A DNA stretch of 64,000 nucleotides, taken from the NCBI GenBank assembly GCA_963796055.1, contig CAWCKH010000004.1, positions 704,001 through 768,000 on the forward strand, in the 5' to 3' direction. Position 1 is the stretch's first letter, and every line of letters begins with the position of its first letter. The notes under the pieces were generated by a model, which searched no databases, was not told the DNA's origin, and worked only from the letters and a program-made list of their open reading frames with translations. This DNA is from an uncultured delta proteobacterium. Its GTDB lineage: Bacteria; Myxococcota; Myxococcia; Myxococcales; Myxococcaceae. A program made the position numbers and the translations under genes. Positions 17,940-27,573 of this stretch are shown in pieces.

Positions 17940-18639
17940 GCTCGAGGTAGCACGCGACGGCTTCGTGCTCGAGGCCACGCTGTCGCTCGGCCGCGGCCCC
18001 ACCGTTCTCGTCGGGCCCAACGGGGCGGGAAAGAGTACCTTGCTCCGGGCCATCCTCGGCGCGGTCCCGGTGCGGCGCGGGCGCATCGGGCTCGAGGGGC
18101 GAACGCTGCTCGACACCGCGCGCGGCGTGTCGCTGCCCAGCGAGGAGCGACGGGTCGGCTGGGTCCCCCAGGAGTACGCGCTCTTTCCGCACCTCACGGT
18201 GCTGGAGAACGTCACGTTCGGCAGCCCCGGCCCGGCCGGTCGCGCCCGGGCCGCCCTTGTGCTGGACCAGCTCGGACTGGGTCCCCTGGCTCCACGGCGC
18301 CCGGGCGCGCTCTCGGGCGGCGAGCGCCAGAAGGTCGCCCTCGCCCGGGCACTGGCCGCCGAGCCGCGCGCGCTGCTCCTCGACGAGCCCCTCGCCGCGC
18401 TCGACGCCGACACCCGGGAGACGACCCGCGGGCTCCTCGCCGACACGCTCCGCCGCCTGGCCATTCCCTCCCTGGTCGTCACCCACGAGATGCGCGACGT
18501 GCTGGCCCTCGGGGGACCGGTGGTGCTGCTCGAGGCGGGCCGGGTGCGCTCCGTCGGCGCCCTGGAGGGGTTCCGCGCGGCGCCTCCCACCGAGTTCGCG
18601 CGAACACTCGCCGCGAGGGGTCATGACAGAGGTGTTTGA
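17926..18639 (+). CDS. modC: molybdate ABC transporter ATP-binding protein
   Basis: Walker [14 protein letters not shown] signature, LLLDEP; no C-terminal TOBE domain. Confidence 0.88.
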   Translation: MLDLELEVARDGFVLEATLSLGRGPTVLVGPNGAGKSTLLRAILGAVPVRRGRIGLEGRTLLDTARGVSLPSEERRVGWVPQEYALFPHLTVLENVTFGSPGPAGRARAALVLDQLGLGPLAPRRPGALSGGERQKVALARALAAEPRALLLDEPLAALDADTRETTRGLLADTLRRLAIPSLVVTHEMRDVLALGGPVVLLEAGRVRSVGALEGFRAAPPTEFARTLAARGHDRGV

Positions 18640-18670
18640 CACCTTGGAAGTCAAGTGGACTTGACACGGG
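18629..18670. promoter_or_regulatory. palindromic operator/promoter element, copy 2 (upstream of modA)
   Basis: GAGGTGTTTGACACCTTGGAAGTCAAGTGGACTTGACACGGG; supplies the modC stop codon. Confidence 0.75.
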
Positions 18671-18696
18671 GGTCCCCGCGTCGTCAGGTCCCGTCC

Positions 18697-19500
18697 GTGC
18701 GCGCGCCCGGCCTGGTCGTTGCTCTGGTGGTGCTCCTCGTCGGCGGCGGGCCGGCCCGGGCCGGGGACGGCGGGCGGTCGCAGAGAGCGGCCCTCGGCGT
18801 GTTCGCCGCCGCCTCGCTCCGCGACGTGTTCGGGACGCTGGGGGCCACCTTCGAGCAGGCGCATCCCGGCGTCCAAGTGCGGTTCAACTTCGCCGGGAGT
18901 CAGGAGCTGCGCACGCAGATCGAGCACGGCGCCCCGGCGGACGTGTTCGCCTCCGCGGACACCCGGCACATGGACGCCGCGCGCGCCGCAGGGCTGGTCG
19001 AGGCGCCGACGCTTCTCGCCACCAACGCCCCCGTCATCGTCGTGCCCGCCGACAACCCGGGCAAGGTGGGAGGGCTCGCCGACCTGGCGAAGGTGAAGCG
19101 GCTGGTCCTCGGCGCGCCCGAGGTGCCCATCGGCGCTTACACCTTGCAGATCCTCGAGGCCGCCCGTGCGCGCTTCGGCGCCGAGTTCCCGGACCGGGTG
19201 CAGAGCCGGGTGGTGAGCCGGGAGCTGAACGTCCGGCAGGTGCTGACCAAGGTCGTGCTCGGCGAGGCCGACGCCGGGGTGGTGTACCGGACCGACGCGC
19301 GCAACGCCGGTGACCGGGTCCGGGTGGTGGAGATTCCCCCCGAGGTGAACGTGGTGGCCCAGTACCCCATCGCGGTAGTGACCCGGTCACCACACCCGGA
19401 GCTGGCCCGGCAGTGGATCGCGCTGGTGACCGGAGCCGAGGGGCAGGCCGTGCTCGCCAGGGCGGGCTTCGGATCGCCGGCGCCCTCCGCGCGCAGGTGA
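18697..19500 (+). CDS. modA: molybdate ABC transporter substrate-binding protein
   Basis: Signal peptide; FAAASL, FAGSQEL..QIE.GAPADVFASA, VPIGAY, GEADAGVVY.TD. Confidence 0.93.
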   Translation: MRAPGLVVALVVLLVGGGPARAGDGGRSQRAALGVFAAASLRDVFGTLGATFEQAHPGVQVRFNFAGSQELRTQIEHGAPADVFASADTRHMDAARAAGLVEAPTLLATNAPVIVVPADNPGKVGGLADLAKVKRLVLGAPEVPIGAYTLQILEAARARFGAEFPDRVQSRVVSRELNVRQVLTKVVLGEADAGVVYRTDARNAGDRVRVVEIPPEVNVVAQYPIAVVTRSPHPELARQWIALVTGAEGQAVLARAGFGSPAPSARR

Positions 19501-19586
19501 GCGTCGACCGGCGCCGCGCACGGGCAAGCCCGGCCCGACTTCCGCTTGCGCCATGGCGGGCGCACGGCGATGACAGTGGCGCACCG

Positions 19587-21299
19587 ATGAAGACCCGAGC
19601 CCTCGTCCTGTCGCTGCTCGTCTTGCTCGTCGCGCCCGCCCGGGCGGCCCGCCCGTATCGCGGGGGGGTCGTCGCCAGCGCCTACCCGCAGGCCGCCGAG
19701 GCCGCGCTGCAGATGCTCGACCGCGGCGGAAACGCGGTGGATGCTGCCGTCGCCGCCGCCTTCGCCGCCGGGGTGGTGGGCCCGTACCACAATGGACTGG
19801 CCGGCGGCGGTTTCGCCCTGCTCGCGCTGCAGGGCAAGGACACGCTGGCGCTCGACTTTCGCGAGGTCGCCCCCGCCGCGGCCACCCGCGACATGTACCT
19901 CCGCGAGGGGAAGCCCGTGCCCGGGCTGTCCACCGACGGCGCGCTCTCGGTCGCGGTCCCCAACGCGGTCAATGGATACCTGGCGCTGCTGGAGAAGGCC
20001 GGCTCGCTCCCGCGCTCGGTGGTGCTCGCCCCGGCCATCCGCCTGGCCCGGGAGGGTTTCATCGTCACCCCGAAGTACCACCAGCTGGCGAGACCACGGC
20101 TCGACTGCCTGCGAGGAGACACCGAGGCCTCGCGCATCTTCCTCCGGCCGGGCCCCGACGGACGCCCCGACGTCCCCCCGCTCGGAACGCGCCTCCGCCA
20201 GCGGGATCTCGCCCGCACCCTGGAGCGCATCTCGGCCGCCGGCGCCGCCGCTGTCCGGAGCGGCCCCATCGTGCGCGCCATCGTGCACACGGTCCGCGGT
20301 GGGGGCGGCATCCTCACCGAGGAAGACCTTGCCCGGATCAGGCCCCGGTGGCGCACACCGCTCTGGGGCTCCTACCGCGGCCATCGCATCGCCACCTTCC
20401 CTCCCCCGAGTGGGGGCGGCGTCATCCTGCTCGAGACGCTCAGCCTGCTCGAGCGGCTGCGGCCCCAGGGATACCAGCGCCGCGCACCGGAGGACCTGCA
20501 CCTCTACGTGGAGGCGCTCCGTCGGGCCTACGCCGACCGGGCCCGGTTCGTCGCCGATCCGGAGCAGGCGGAGGTTCCACTCGACCGCCTCCTGTCGGCC
20601 GAGCACCTCGCCGAGCTCGCGGCGAGCATCGACCCGGGAAGGGCCACCGCCTCGTCCTCGCTCCCGGGCGCGGCCACCACGGCCTCCCACCCCTCCGGGG
20701 CGAAGAACACCACCGAGATCTCCATCCTCGACCGCTCCGGGAACGCGGTCGCCCTCACCACCACCGTCAACAACGCGTTCGGGAGCTGCCTGGTGGCCCG
20801 GGGCACTGGCCTGCTCCTCAACAACGAGATGGACGACTTCTCCGTCCAGCCGGGGGTCCCGAACATCTATGGCCTGGTCTACGGCGAGTCCAACGGCATC
20901 GCACCAGGGAGGATCCCGGTCTCGTCGATGACCCCCACGCTGGTCTTCCAGAAGGAGCGCCCGGGGCGGGTGCTGCTCGCCGTCGGAGCCTCCGGCGGCG
21001 CGTACATCCCCACCGGCGTCGTCCAGGTGGTGACCAACCTCCTCGACGCCCGGATGAACCTCCCCATGGCGGTGGCCGCCGGACGCGTCCACCACCAGTG
21101 GCTGCCCGACGTGGTCACCATCAACCCCGACTCGCTCGACACCTTGACCCGGAAGGCGCTCGAGGCGATGGGCCACACCTTCAAGGTGACGGACTCCCCG
21201 CTCGCCGACGTGGAGGCGGTGATGGAGGACCCGGCCTCGGGTTTGCGCACCGCCGCCTCCGACCCCCGGAACGAGGGGACCCCGCTCGGACAGCCCTAG
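19587..21299 (+). CDS. ggt: gamma-glutamyltransferase
   Basis: GGNAVDAAVA, LDFRE, NTTEISILD..GNAVALTTT (catalytic Thr), LLNNEMDDF, SSMTP, SDPR. Confidence 0.96.
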   Translation: MKTRALVLSLLVLLVAPARAARPYRGGVVASAYPQAAEAALQMLDRGGNAVDAAVAAAFAAGVVGPYHNGLAGGGFALLALQGKDTLALDFREVAPAAATRDMYLREGKPVPGLSTDGALSVAVPNAVNGYLALLEKAGSLPRSVVLAPAIRLAREGFIVTPKYHQLARPRLDCLRGDTEASRIFLRPGPDGRPDVPPLGTRLRQRDLARTLERISAAGAAAVRSGPIVRAIVHTVRGGGGILTEEDLARIRPRWRTPLWGSYRGHRIATFPPPSGGGVILLETLSLLERLRPQGYQRRAPEDLHLYVEALRRAYADRARFVADPEQAEVPLDRLLSAEHLAELAASIDPGRATASSSLPGAATTASHPSGAKNTTEISILDRSGNAVALTTTVNNAFGSCLVARGTGLLLNNEMDDFSVQPGVPNIYGLVYGESNGIAPGRIPVSSMTPTLVFQKERPGRVLLAVGASGGAYIPTGVVQVVTNLLDARMNLPMAVAAGRVHHQWLPDVVTINPDSLDTLTRKALEAMGHTFKVTDSPLADVEAVMEDPASGLRTAASDPRNEGTPLGQP

Positions 21300-21721
21300 A
21301 CGGAGGGTTCACCGGAGGCGCCGGGCAGGAGCGCCGGGCCCGAGTGCGCCAGGGCCATTCGCCATCCGGTTCCGGTCCGCACGCAGACGTCGGTGAAGAA
21401 GGCCGCGTCGTCCACCTCGACCCCGGTGGGCAACCGGACGCGCGCCCGCTGCAAGCCGGTGAGAACCCCCACCCCGCCCACCACCCGTGCCCGGAGATGC
21501 AGCGCCGAGAGCTCGAGGATCTCCCCCGGGATCTCCACCGCGGCCCGGAGGAAGTCCTCCCGATGGGTCTCGGTCCCGTCCGACCCCAGCAGCACGAACC
21601 CCTCGGTCACCAGCGCACCCAGGCCCAACGAATCCCGGCGCCGGATGGCATCCATCACCGCGTCCTCGAGCGCGAGCAGGGCGCGCTCGTCAGGCGTCAG
21701 CGACGCCAGCGGGTGCTCCAC
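21296..21721 (-). CDS. NTF2-like (DUF4440) protein
   Basis: LLALEDAVMDAIRRRD..FTDVCVR...WRMALAHS pattern. Confidence 0.75.
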   Translation of the reverse strand: MEHPLASLTPDERALLALEDAVMDAIRRRDSLGLGALVTEGFVLLGSDGTETHREDFLRAAVEIPGEILELSALHLRARVVGGVGVLTGLQRARVRLPTGVEVDDAAFFTDVCVRTGTGWRMALAHSGPALLPGASGEPSV

Positions 21722-21723
21722 GG

Positions 21724-22254
21724 TCAGCCCTTCCTCCGGGTGTAGATGCCCTCGAAGAGAATCGTCCAGTTCCGCCCGTCGTCCGACGACTGCTCCCAGC
21801 GCTGCCGGATGCGGTCTCCCTCGAGCTTCTGCCACACGATGCGGTTCAGCATGCTGCTCCCGCGCGGTCCCGAGCGACGCCCGCTGAGGACCATCTTGCC
21901 GTCCTTGAACTCGCCGTCCAGCACCAGCACCATCCCCAGGTCGTCGACGAACGTCTGAGTCCAGCGGCCCGCCGGGCTGTCGTAGCTGGTCAGCGAGCTG
22001 CCCTGGCTGCCGTCGGTGGCGGTCCAGCTCTCGCGAAGGGCGCAACCTTCGAGGATCTTCTCCACCTTGTTCTCTCCGGCCGGAGTGCCCTTCGGCGTCT
22101 GGACCTCCCACTCGCCCACCCAGAAGTCGAACTGGCGGTACGCCGCGCTCGAGCAGGGCGGACCCTTGGCGGTGGCCGCGGTGAAGGCCCGCTTCTTCTC
22201 GGCCGGGGCGGACAGGGGGACGAGGACCGCGAGCAGCAACGGCAGGACGCGCAT
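21724..22254 (-). CDS. secreted beta-barrel hypothetical protein (DUF1579-like)
   Basis: Signal peptide; C..AYRQFDFWVGEW, GCALRE.W, WEQSSDDGRNW....GIY.R. Confidence 0.75.
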   Translation of the reverse strand: MRVLPLLLAVLVPLSAPAEKKRAFTAATAKGPPCSSAAYRQFDFWVGEWEVQTPKGTPAGENKVEKILEGCALRESWTATDGSQGSSLTSYDSPAGRWTQTFVDDLGMVLVLDGEFKDGKMVLSGRRSGPRGSSMLNRIVWQKLEGDRIRQRWEQSSDDGRNWTILFEGIYTRRKG

Positions 22255-22318
22255 CACCCCGAACCTCCCTCCCGGAGGCAGAATAGACGTCACCGGGCCA
22301 CCTGTCTCGGCAGCCGAC

Positions 22319-23083
22319 GTGCTCTTCGACGCCCATCTCCACCCCGAGACGTTGTCCGACCTCGACCTCGAGTCGCTCCGCGCATTCGGCGTCGAGCGTG
22401 CGGTGGTGCTGGGACATCACTTTCCCGAGCCCACCTCGCGGGGCCTGCGCGCCCACTTTCGCGACCTCCTGGAGGTACAGCTCCCGCGTCTGGAGCGGGT
22501 CGGCATCCGCGGGTACGTCGCCCTCGGCGTTCACCCCCGGGCCATCCCACGCCGCGGTTTGCACGACGTGCTCGCCACCCTCCCCTCTCTGTTCCGGGGC
22601 GGCCGGGTGGTGGCGCTCGGCGAGATCGGCTTCCACCGCGGCGGGCCGGACGAGGAGGAGGCCCTGGTCGAGCAGCTTGAGCTCGCCCGCCGCCTCTCGC
22701 TGCGGGTCGTCCTGCACACTCCTGCGCTGGACAAGGAGCGGTGGACGCGGCGATTGCTGGCCCTGTTGCGCCAGCACGGGCCCGAGCCCGGGCGGGTGCT
22801 GGTGGATCACGCGAGCGCCCGCACCGTGCCCCTCATCCTCGCCCGTGGGCACTGGGCGGGGCTGACGGTCAACGTCGGCGAGCTCACCGCCGACCGCGCG
22901 GTGCAGCTGGTGCGCAGGCTCGGAAGCCGGCGGCTCACGCTGGGGAGTGATGCCGGGGATCGCCCGGGAGACTTGCTGGGGTTGCCGCGCGCAGTGCACC
23001 TGCTCGAGCGCGCCGGGCTGGGCCGGGCGCTCGTCTCGCGCCTGGCGTTCCGGAACGCGCGACGGTTCTTCGGCGTGGACTGA
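22319..23083 (+). CDS. TatD-family amidohydrolase
   Basis: FDAHLH, LGVHP, VALGEIG, VVLHTP, LVDH, GSDA; start codon uncertain. Confidence 0.85.
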   Translation: MLFDAHLHPETLSDLDLESLRAFGVERAVVLGHHFPEPTSRGLRAHFRDLLEVQLPRLERVGIRGYVALGVHPRAIPRRGLHDVLATLPSLFRGGRVVALGEIGFHRGGPDEEEALVEQLELARRLSLRVVLHTPALDKERWTRRLLALLRQHGPEPGRVLVDHASARTVPLILARGHWAGLTVNVGELTADRAVQLVRRLGSRRLTLGSDAGDRPGDLLGLPRAVHLLERAGLGRALVSRLAFRNARRFFGVD

Positions 23084-23109
23084 AGACGGTGCGAGGGGCT
23101 GGCGCTCCG

Positions 23110-23358
23110 TCAGTGGACGGAGGCGACGACCTCGCTCGGCACACCGACGTCTGCGAGCGCGATGCGGGGCTGCTCACGCGCTTCGTCCAGCTCGAGCGCG
23201 CTGCCGAACTCGGCTGCGTCGAGGAGCCGCTGGGTGCGATCGTCGAGCTCCACCGCGACGAGTATCGAGAGCCCGGTGCCGCTGACCTCGCACTGTTGGT
23301 AGCGCGCCCAGCGACCATCGCCCAGCTTCACCAGCTCTCCGATGTCGGCCAAGGGCAT
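23110..23358 (-). CDS. small hypothetical protein
   Basis: ATG after GGAGG; GC3-biased codons; 82 aa. Confidence 0.6.
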   Translation of the reverse strand: MPLADIGELVKLGDGRWARYQQCEVSGTGLSILVAVELDDRTQRLLDAAEFGSALELDEAREQPRIALADVGVPSEVVASVH

Positions 23359-23585
23359 CCTCCGGACCGCGAAGTGGGTACACTGTAAGCAGCGCGCCTG
23401 ACCCCCGGCAAGCCCGTCTGGTAAACGGCGTGCAACCCGTTGGAATCACTGATCTGACCTGGGCCTGTGACCCCGGACCGGAGGGCTGTCCCACCCGCCA
23501 CCGGGTCAACCTGTCAACGGGACGCACTGTGAACCCGTGCATGCCCCTGCGGCCCCTGACGCGCGTGGGCCGCAGGGATGACGCG

Positions 23586-24488
23586 TCAGGACTTGGGGCG
23601 GATCTCGGTGCCGACGAGCTGCTCGAAAACGGTGATGACCGCGCCGATGTCCTGCTCGCCCTTTCCCGCGGCGCGCGCCAGCTCGTAGCACTGCCGGACG
23701 ATGGCCGCGACCGGCGTGGGCACGCGGTTGGACGCGGCGCTGTCGAGGAACAGGCCCAGGTCCTTGTCCATCAGGTCGATGGCGAAATGGGTCTCGAAGT
23801 CGCGGCGCAGCAGCGCGTTGCCCTTGAAATCGAAGTACGGCGAGCGGAAGCCGGAGGCCTGGACCACCTCGAGCACCCTGGCCGGGTCCACGCCCGCCTT
23901 GGTCGCGAGCAGCATGCCCTCGCCGAGGCTCTGCAGCATCGAGGCGATGAGCGCGTTCCCTGCGAGCTTCACCTGGCTACCCGCGCCCACCGGCCCGCAG
24001 TGGACCCACTTCTCGCCCACGGCGCGAAAGACTGGCTCGGCGCGCGCGAGGGCCTCGGGCGTCCCCCCGGCCATGATCAGCAGCGTCCCCTTCTCCGCGC
24101 CGGTCTTGCTCCCGGTGACCGGCGCCTCGACGAAGTCCACGCCCAGGGCCCGGGCGCGCTGCGCGAGGCTCCGCGCCTGGTCCGGGCCGATGGTGCTGAA
24201 GTCGATGAGCAGCTGCCCGCGGCGGGCCGCGGAGAGGAGCCCGTCCTTTCCCGCCACCACCTCCTCGAGCGCGGCCGGCGTCGCCACGCAGGTGCAGGCG
24301 ATGTCCACGCTGGCCATCAGCTGGGCCGGCGTGTCTGCCACCTTCGCTCCCAGCGGCTCGAGCGCGGCCCCACGCGCACGCGTACGGTTCCACACCGTGA
24401 CCTGGAACCCCTTGCTGGCGAGGTTCTTCGCCATCCCCGACCCCATCAACCCGAGCCCGAGAAACCCAACCCGTTGCCCACTGGCCAT
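23586..24488 (-). CDS. NAD(P)-dependent oxidoreductase, 3-hydroxyisobutyrate/tartronate semialdehyde reductase family
   Basis: GFLGLGLMG, WNRT, DFSTI, EAPVTG, G..VKLAGN, KDL. Confidence 0.92.
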   Translation of the reverse strand: MASGQRVGFLGLGLMGSGMAKNLASKGFQVTVWNRTRARGAALEPLGAKVADTPAQLMASVDIACTCVATPAALEEVVAGKDGLLSAARRGQLLIDFSTIGPDQARSLAQRARALGVDFVEAPVTGSKTGAEKGTLLIMAGGTPEALARAEPVFRAVGEKWVHCGPVGAGSQVKLAGNALIASMLQSLGEGMLLATKAGVDPARVLEVVQASGFRSPYFDFKGNALLRRDFETHFAIDLMDKDLGLFLDSAASNRVPTPVAAIVRQCYELARAAGKGEQDIGAVITVFEQLVGTEIRPKS

Positions 24489-24538
24489 CTGTCGCTCCTC
24501 GTTCGGCGAAAGGACGAGGAACTGACTATGGTAGGGAC

Positions 24539-24769
24539 GTGAAGTTTCCAAGCCTCCTCCGGCCGGTCCGCGAGCGTTTGCTGGCTCCGCTGCGACACCC
24601 GGATCAGGCCGAGCGCCTGCTGGTGGAGACCTTCCGCACCCTGGGCACGCTCTGCACCCGCCTGGCAGACATGGTGGAGTCCCAGCGGCTGACGCGCGCC
24701 GGGTACCACGGGCAGGGTCGCTTCCTCGAGCGACTCGAGCGGCCGGCGCCCCCCTCCAAGCCGGAGTGA
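24539..24769 (+). CDS. small hypothetical protein (76 aa)
   Basis: GC3-biased ORF filling the gap before the ECF sigma gene. Confidence 0.55.
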   Translation: MKFPSLLRPVRERLLAPLRHPDQAERLLVETFRTLGTLCTRLADMVESQRLTRAGYHGQGRFLERLERPAPPSKPE

Positions 24770-24868
24770 GCAGCCCGCAGCCCCCCGGGAAGATTCCCGA
24801 CCCCCGTCCGACTCCTGTTCACCGTAGGCCGATGCACGGCCTCCGGCGCCTGGGGGCGAGCGGAACCC

Positions 24869-25453
24869 ATGGGTCTTGGGCTCGAGGAACGGAGCGCGGC
24901 AGATGCGCGGATCCGCAGGGCAGCGCGGGCGGGCGATCAGGACAGGGCGCTCCGGGTCCTGATGGAGGCATACGGAACGCAGCTGTTCGCGGTGTGCATG
25001 CGGTTCATCCCCGACCGGGCGCTCGCCGAGGACGTGCACCAGACCTGCTTCGTGCAGGCGTACCAGTCGCTCCACCGGGTGCTGGAACGGGAGTCGATCG
25101 CCGCCTGGCTGATGGCCATCGCCAGGAACCGCTGTCTGGATGCGCTGAAGATCCACCGCCGGCGCCGGCGCTGGCAGGTGCCCCACGCCAGCCTGCCGGA
25201 GGTCCCCGACGCGCGGTCCAGCGCCGAGGACGAGGTGCACCGCTCCTCGCTCGTCCAGCGTTTGCGCCATGCGCTGGACGTGCTCTCGACCGAGGCCCGA
25301 CGGGCGGTGGAGCTGCGCTACGGGGAGATGCTCTCCTACGAGGAGATGGCCGAGCTCTGCGGGGCGCGCCCCGGCACGCTGCAGATGCGCGTGACCCGGG
25401 CGATGCCCCTCCTCCGGCGCTCGCTCGAGGCGCGGGGCATCACCGGCTTCTGA
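24869..25453 (+). CDS. ECF RNA polymerase sigma factor
   Basis: AEDVHQTCFV, AWLMAIARNRCLD (region 2); LSYEEMAELCGARPGTLQMRVTRA (region 4). Confidence 0.88.
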   Translation: MGLGLEERSAADARIRRAARAGDQDRALRVLMEAYGTQLFAVCMRFIPDRALAEDVHQTCFVQAYQSLHRVLERESIAAWLMAIARNRCLDALKIHRRRRRWQVPHASLPEVPDARSSAEDEVHRSSLVQRLRHALDVLSTEARRAVELRYGEMLSYEEMAELCGARPGTLQMRVTRAMPLLRRSLEARGITGF

Positions 25454-25474
25454 GCAGCGTACGCCCGCCGGAGA

Positions 25475-26269
25475 TCACTTGAGGATGGATTTCAGGAAGC
25501 GGCGCGTGGCGTCGTTGGCGTCCTGCGCCGCGGGCGGGTTGTAGCGACCACCGGTCGGGTTGGCGAAGGCGTGCTCCGCGTCGTAGCTGCGAAACTCGTG
25601 CTTGATGCCGGCGTCCTTCAGCGCCAGGTCGAAGGCCGCCACCTTCTCCGGGGTGATCCCCTGGTCGCGCTTGGCCCAGATGCCGAGCACCGGCCCGCGG
25701 AGCTTCCGGAGGAGGCTCACCTCGGTCACCGGCGCCCCGTAGTAGATGACCGTCGCCGCGACCTTCTCCGGACTGGCGAGCGACGCGTTCAGGCTCTGCC
25801 CGCCGCCCATGCACCAGCCCAGGGTGGCGATCTTCTTCCCGGGCGCGGCCTGCGCCAGCCACGCGATCCCGGCGACCTCCACCTCGGTGGCCCTCTTCTG
25901 GTCCAGCGCGCCGGCGAGCTTCCGGGCCTCGTCGTCGGAGGTGGCCACCGCTCCGCCGTAGAGGTCCACCGCAGCGACCAGATACCCCTGCGTGGCGTAG
26001 CGATCCGCCTCCGCCTTCACCCAGTCGTTCAGCCCCCACCACTCGTGGAGGATCAGCAGGCCGCCGCGCGGCGTCCCCTTCGGCCGCGCCACGTAAGCGA
26101 TGGCCGTCTTCCCATCGGGCAACGACAGCTCCACGGACTTTCCCTTCGGCGTGGGCGGCCTGGGGTCCACCGGGTGGTGCTCCTGCGCCGGGGCCTGGGG
26201 CGGCGGCTCCACCGCGAGTGCCGCACCCGCGACGAGCATCGAGAGCACCTGGGCTGCGCGGAACGACAC
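25475..26269 (-). CDS. dienelactone hydrolase family protein (secreted)
   Basis: HEWWGLN, GWCMGG nucleophile motif, HAFANP. Confidence 0.92.
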   Translation of the reverse strand: MSFRAAQVLSMLVAGAALAVEPPPQAPAQEHHPVDPRPPTPKGKSVELSLPDGKTAIAYVARPKGTPRGGLLILHEWWGLNDWVKAEADRYATQGYLVAAVDLYGGAVATSDDEARKLAGALDQKRATEVEVAGIAWLAQAAPGKKIATLGWCMGGGQSLNASLASPEKVAATVIYYGAPVTEVSLLRKLRGPVLGIWAKRDQGITPEKVAAFDLALKDAGIKHEFRSYDAEHAFANPTGGRYNPPAAQDANDATRRFLKSILK

Positions 26270-26399
26270 TGTCCTACCTCCTCGGCGCCGCGGAAGTGGT
26301 CGATCTTCCTAGCACTGCTCGCATCCACTGGGGAAAGAGGCAAGTTGCCGCCTGACCGGGGGAGGTACCATCTTCACGCGCGGCGCCGAAACGCCCCCC

Positions 26400-26780
26400 A
26401 TGTCCTTCGTCCTGGTCGTCGACGACGACGCGAGCCATCGCACCCTGATCTGCGATCTCCTCGAGGAGATGGGCTACCGCACACGAAGCGCGGGCAACGG
26501 GCGCGAGGCGCTGGACGTGCTCGAGGAGGAGATGCCGCAGGCGGTGCTCCTCGACCTGCGCATGCCGGTGATGAGCGGGTGGGGCCTGCTCGAGGCGCTG
26601 AAGAAGCTGCCGCGCGCCCGCGGGCTGCCGATCATCATCATCTCGGCCTACGGCTTCGAGTGGGAGGCCGAGCTGGTCGGCGCGAGCGGCTACGTCAGCA
26701 AGCCCGTGGACCTCGATCGGGTGCGCGAGACCGTCAGCCGCATCCTCGGGCCACCGCCCGAGCCGCAGGTGCTCCACTAA
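26400..26780 (+). CDS. single-domain response regulator
   Basis: VLVVDDD, LLDLRMP, IIISA, KP. Confidence 0.93.
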   Translation: MSFVLVVDDDASHRTLICDLLEEMGYRTRSAGNGREALDVLEEEMPQAVLLDLRMPVMSGWGLLEALKKLPRARGLPIIIISAYGFEWEAELVGASGYVSKPVDLDRVRETVSRILGPPPEPQVLH

Positions 26781-27108
26781 GTCAGGGCGGCCGCAGCCAA
26801 GGTCCGGGTCAAGGGGTCCTCGGGCGCTAGAGTCGGCGAGCTCAGGGCGGCCGCAGTCAGTCAGTCAGGGCGGCCGCAGCCAAGGTCCGGGTCAAGGGGT
26901 CCTCGGGCGCTAGAGTCGGCGAGCTCAGGGCGGCCGCAGTCAGTCAGTCAGGGCGGCCGCAGCCAAGGTCCGGGTCAAGGGGTCCTCGGGCGCTATGGTC
27001 GGCGAGCTCAGGGCGGCCGCAGTCAGTCAGTCAGGCGGCCGCAGCCAAGGTCCGGGTCAAGGGGTCCTCGGGCGCTATCGTCGGCGAGCTCCAGGCGGCC
27101 GCAGTCAG
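26781..27108. repeat. non-coding tandem repeat, 4 x ~83 bp
   Basis: Units start at 26781, 26864, 26947 and 27030; each has two copies of TCAGGGCGGCCGCAG (degenerate in unit 4) and GTCA microrepeats. Confidence 0.95.
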
Positions 27109-27126
27109 CTCTGCCCTGCGGGCTCG

Positions 27127-27573
27127 TTACTGCCTGGGGTGGTTGCTCTTCGGAGCGCCGTGGCCCTCGCCGCCCTCGCCGGTGGGCGGCTCCAGGGCCA
27201 TGTTCCACGGCTCCACCGGCAGGTTCGGTCCCGAGGTCCAGGTGTTCATCGCCCAGCCGGTCTCCGGGGCGACGGTCTGCCCGAAATTCCAGTCCGCGCG
27301 GGTGCCCAGCAGCGTGACCGGAGGCTGGGCCCGGGTGGTCAGCGGCGAGGTCTCGCCCTGCACGGTCCCGGGGACGATCTCCTCCGGGCTCTTCGGCTCG
27401 CGCGCGAGGCCCCACGAGGCGCTGACGTACCAGTCCCCGAAGCGGCCCGCCGTGCCGAGGCTGGTGGTGTCGGGCTTGTCGGACAGCGGACCGTGCTCAT
27501 GGGAGCACCCGACCGGGAAGGTGCCGAAGACGAGCGCGAAGCCAGCGACCAGGGGACGGGGCAGAAGGGGCAT
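27127..27573 (-). CDS. putative lipoprotein
   Basis: Hydrophobic stretch ending in lipobox-like PVGC; Trp/Pro-rich mature part. Confidence 0.6.
   Translation of the reverse strand: MPLLPRPLVAGFALVFGTFPVGCSHEHGPLSDKPDTTSLGTAGRFGDWYVSASWGLAREPKSPEEIVPGTVQGETSPLTTRAQPPVTLLGTRADWNFGQTVAPETGWAMNTWTSGPNLPVEPWNMALEPPTGEGGEGHGAPKSNHPRQ

Noticed and set aside
26781..27108. CRISPR array
   Set aside because: The intervening sequences are near-identical rather than unique spacers, and there are no cas genes in the window.
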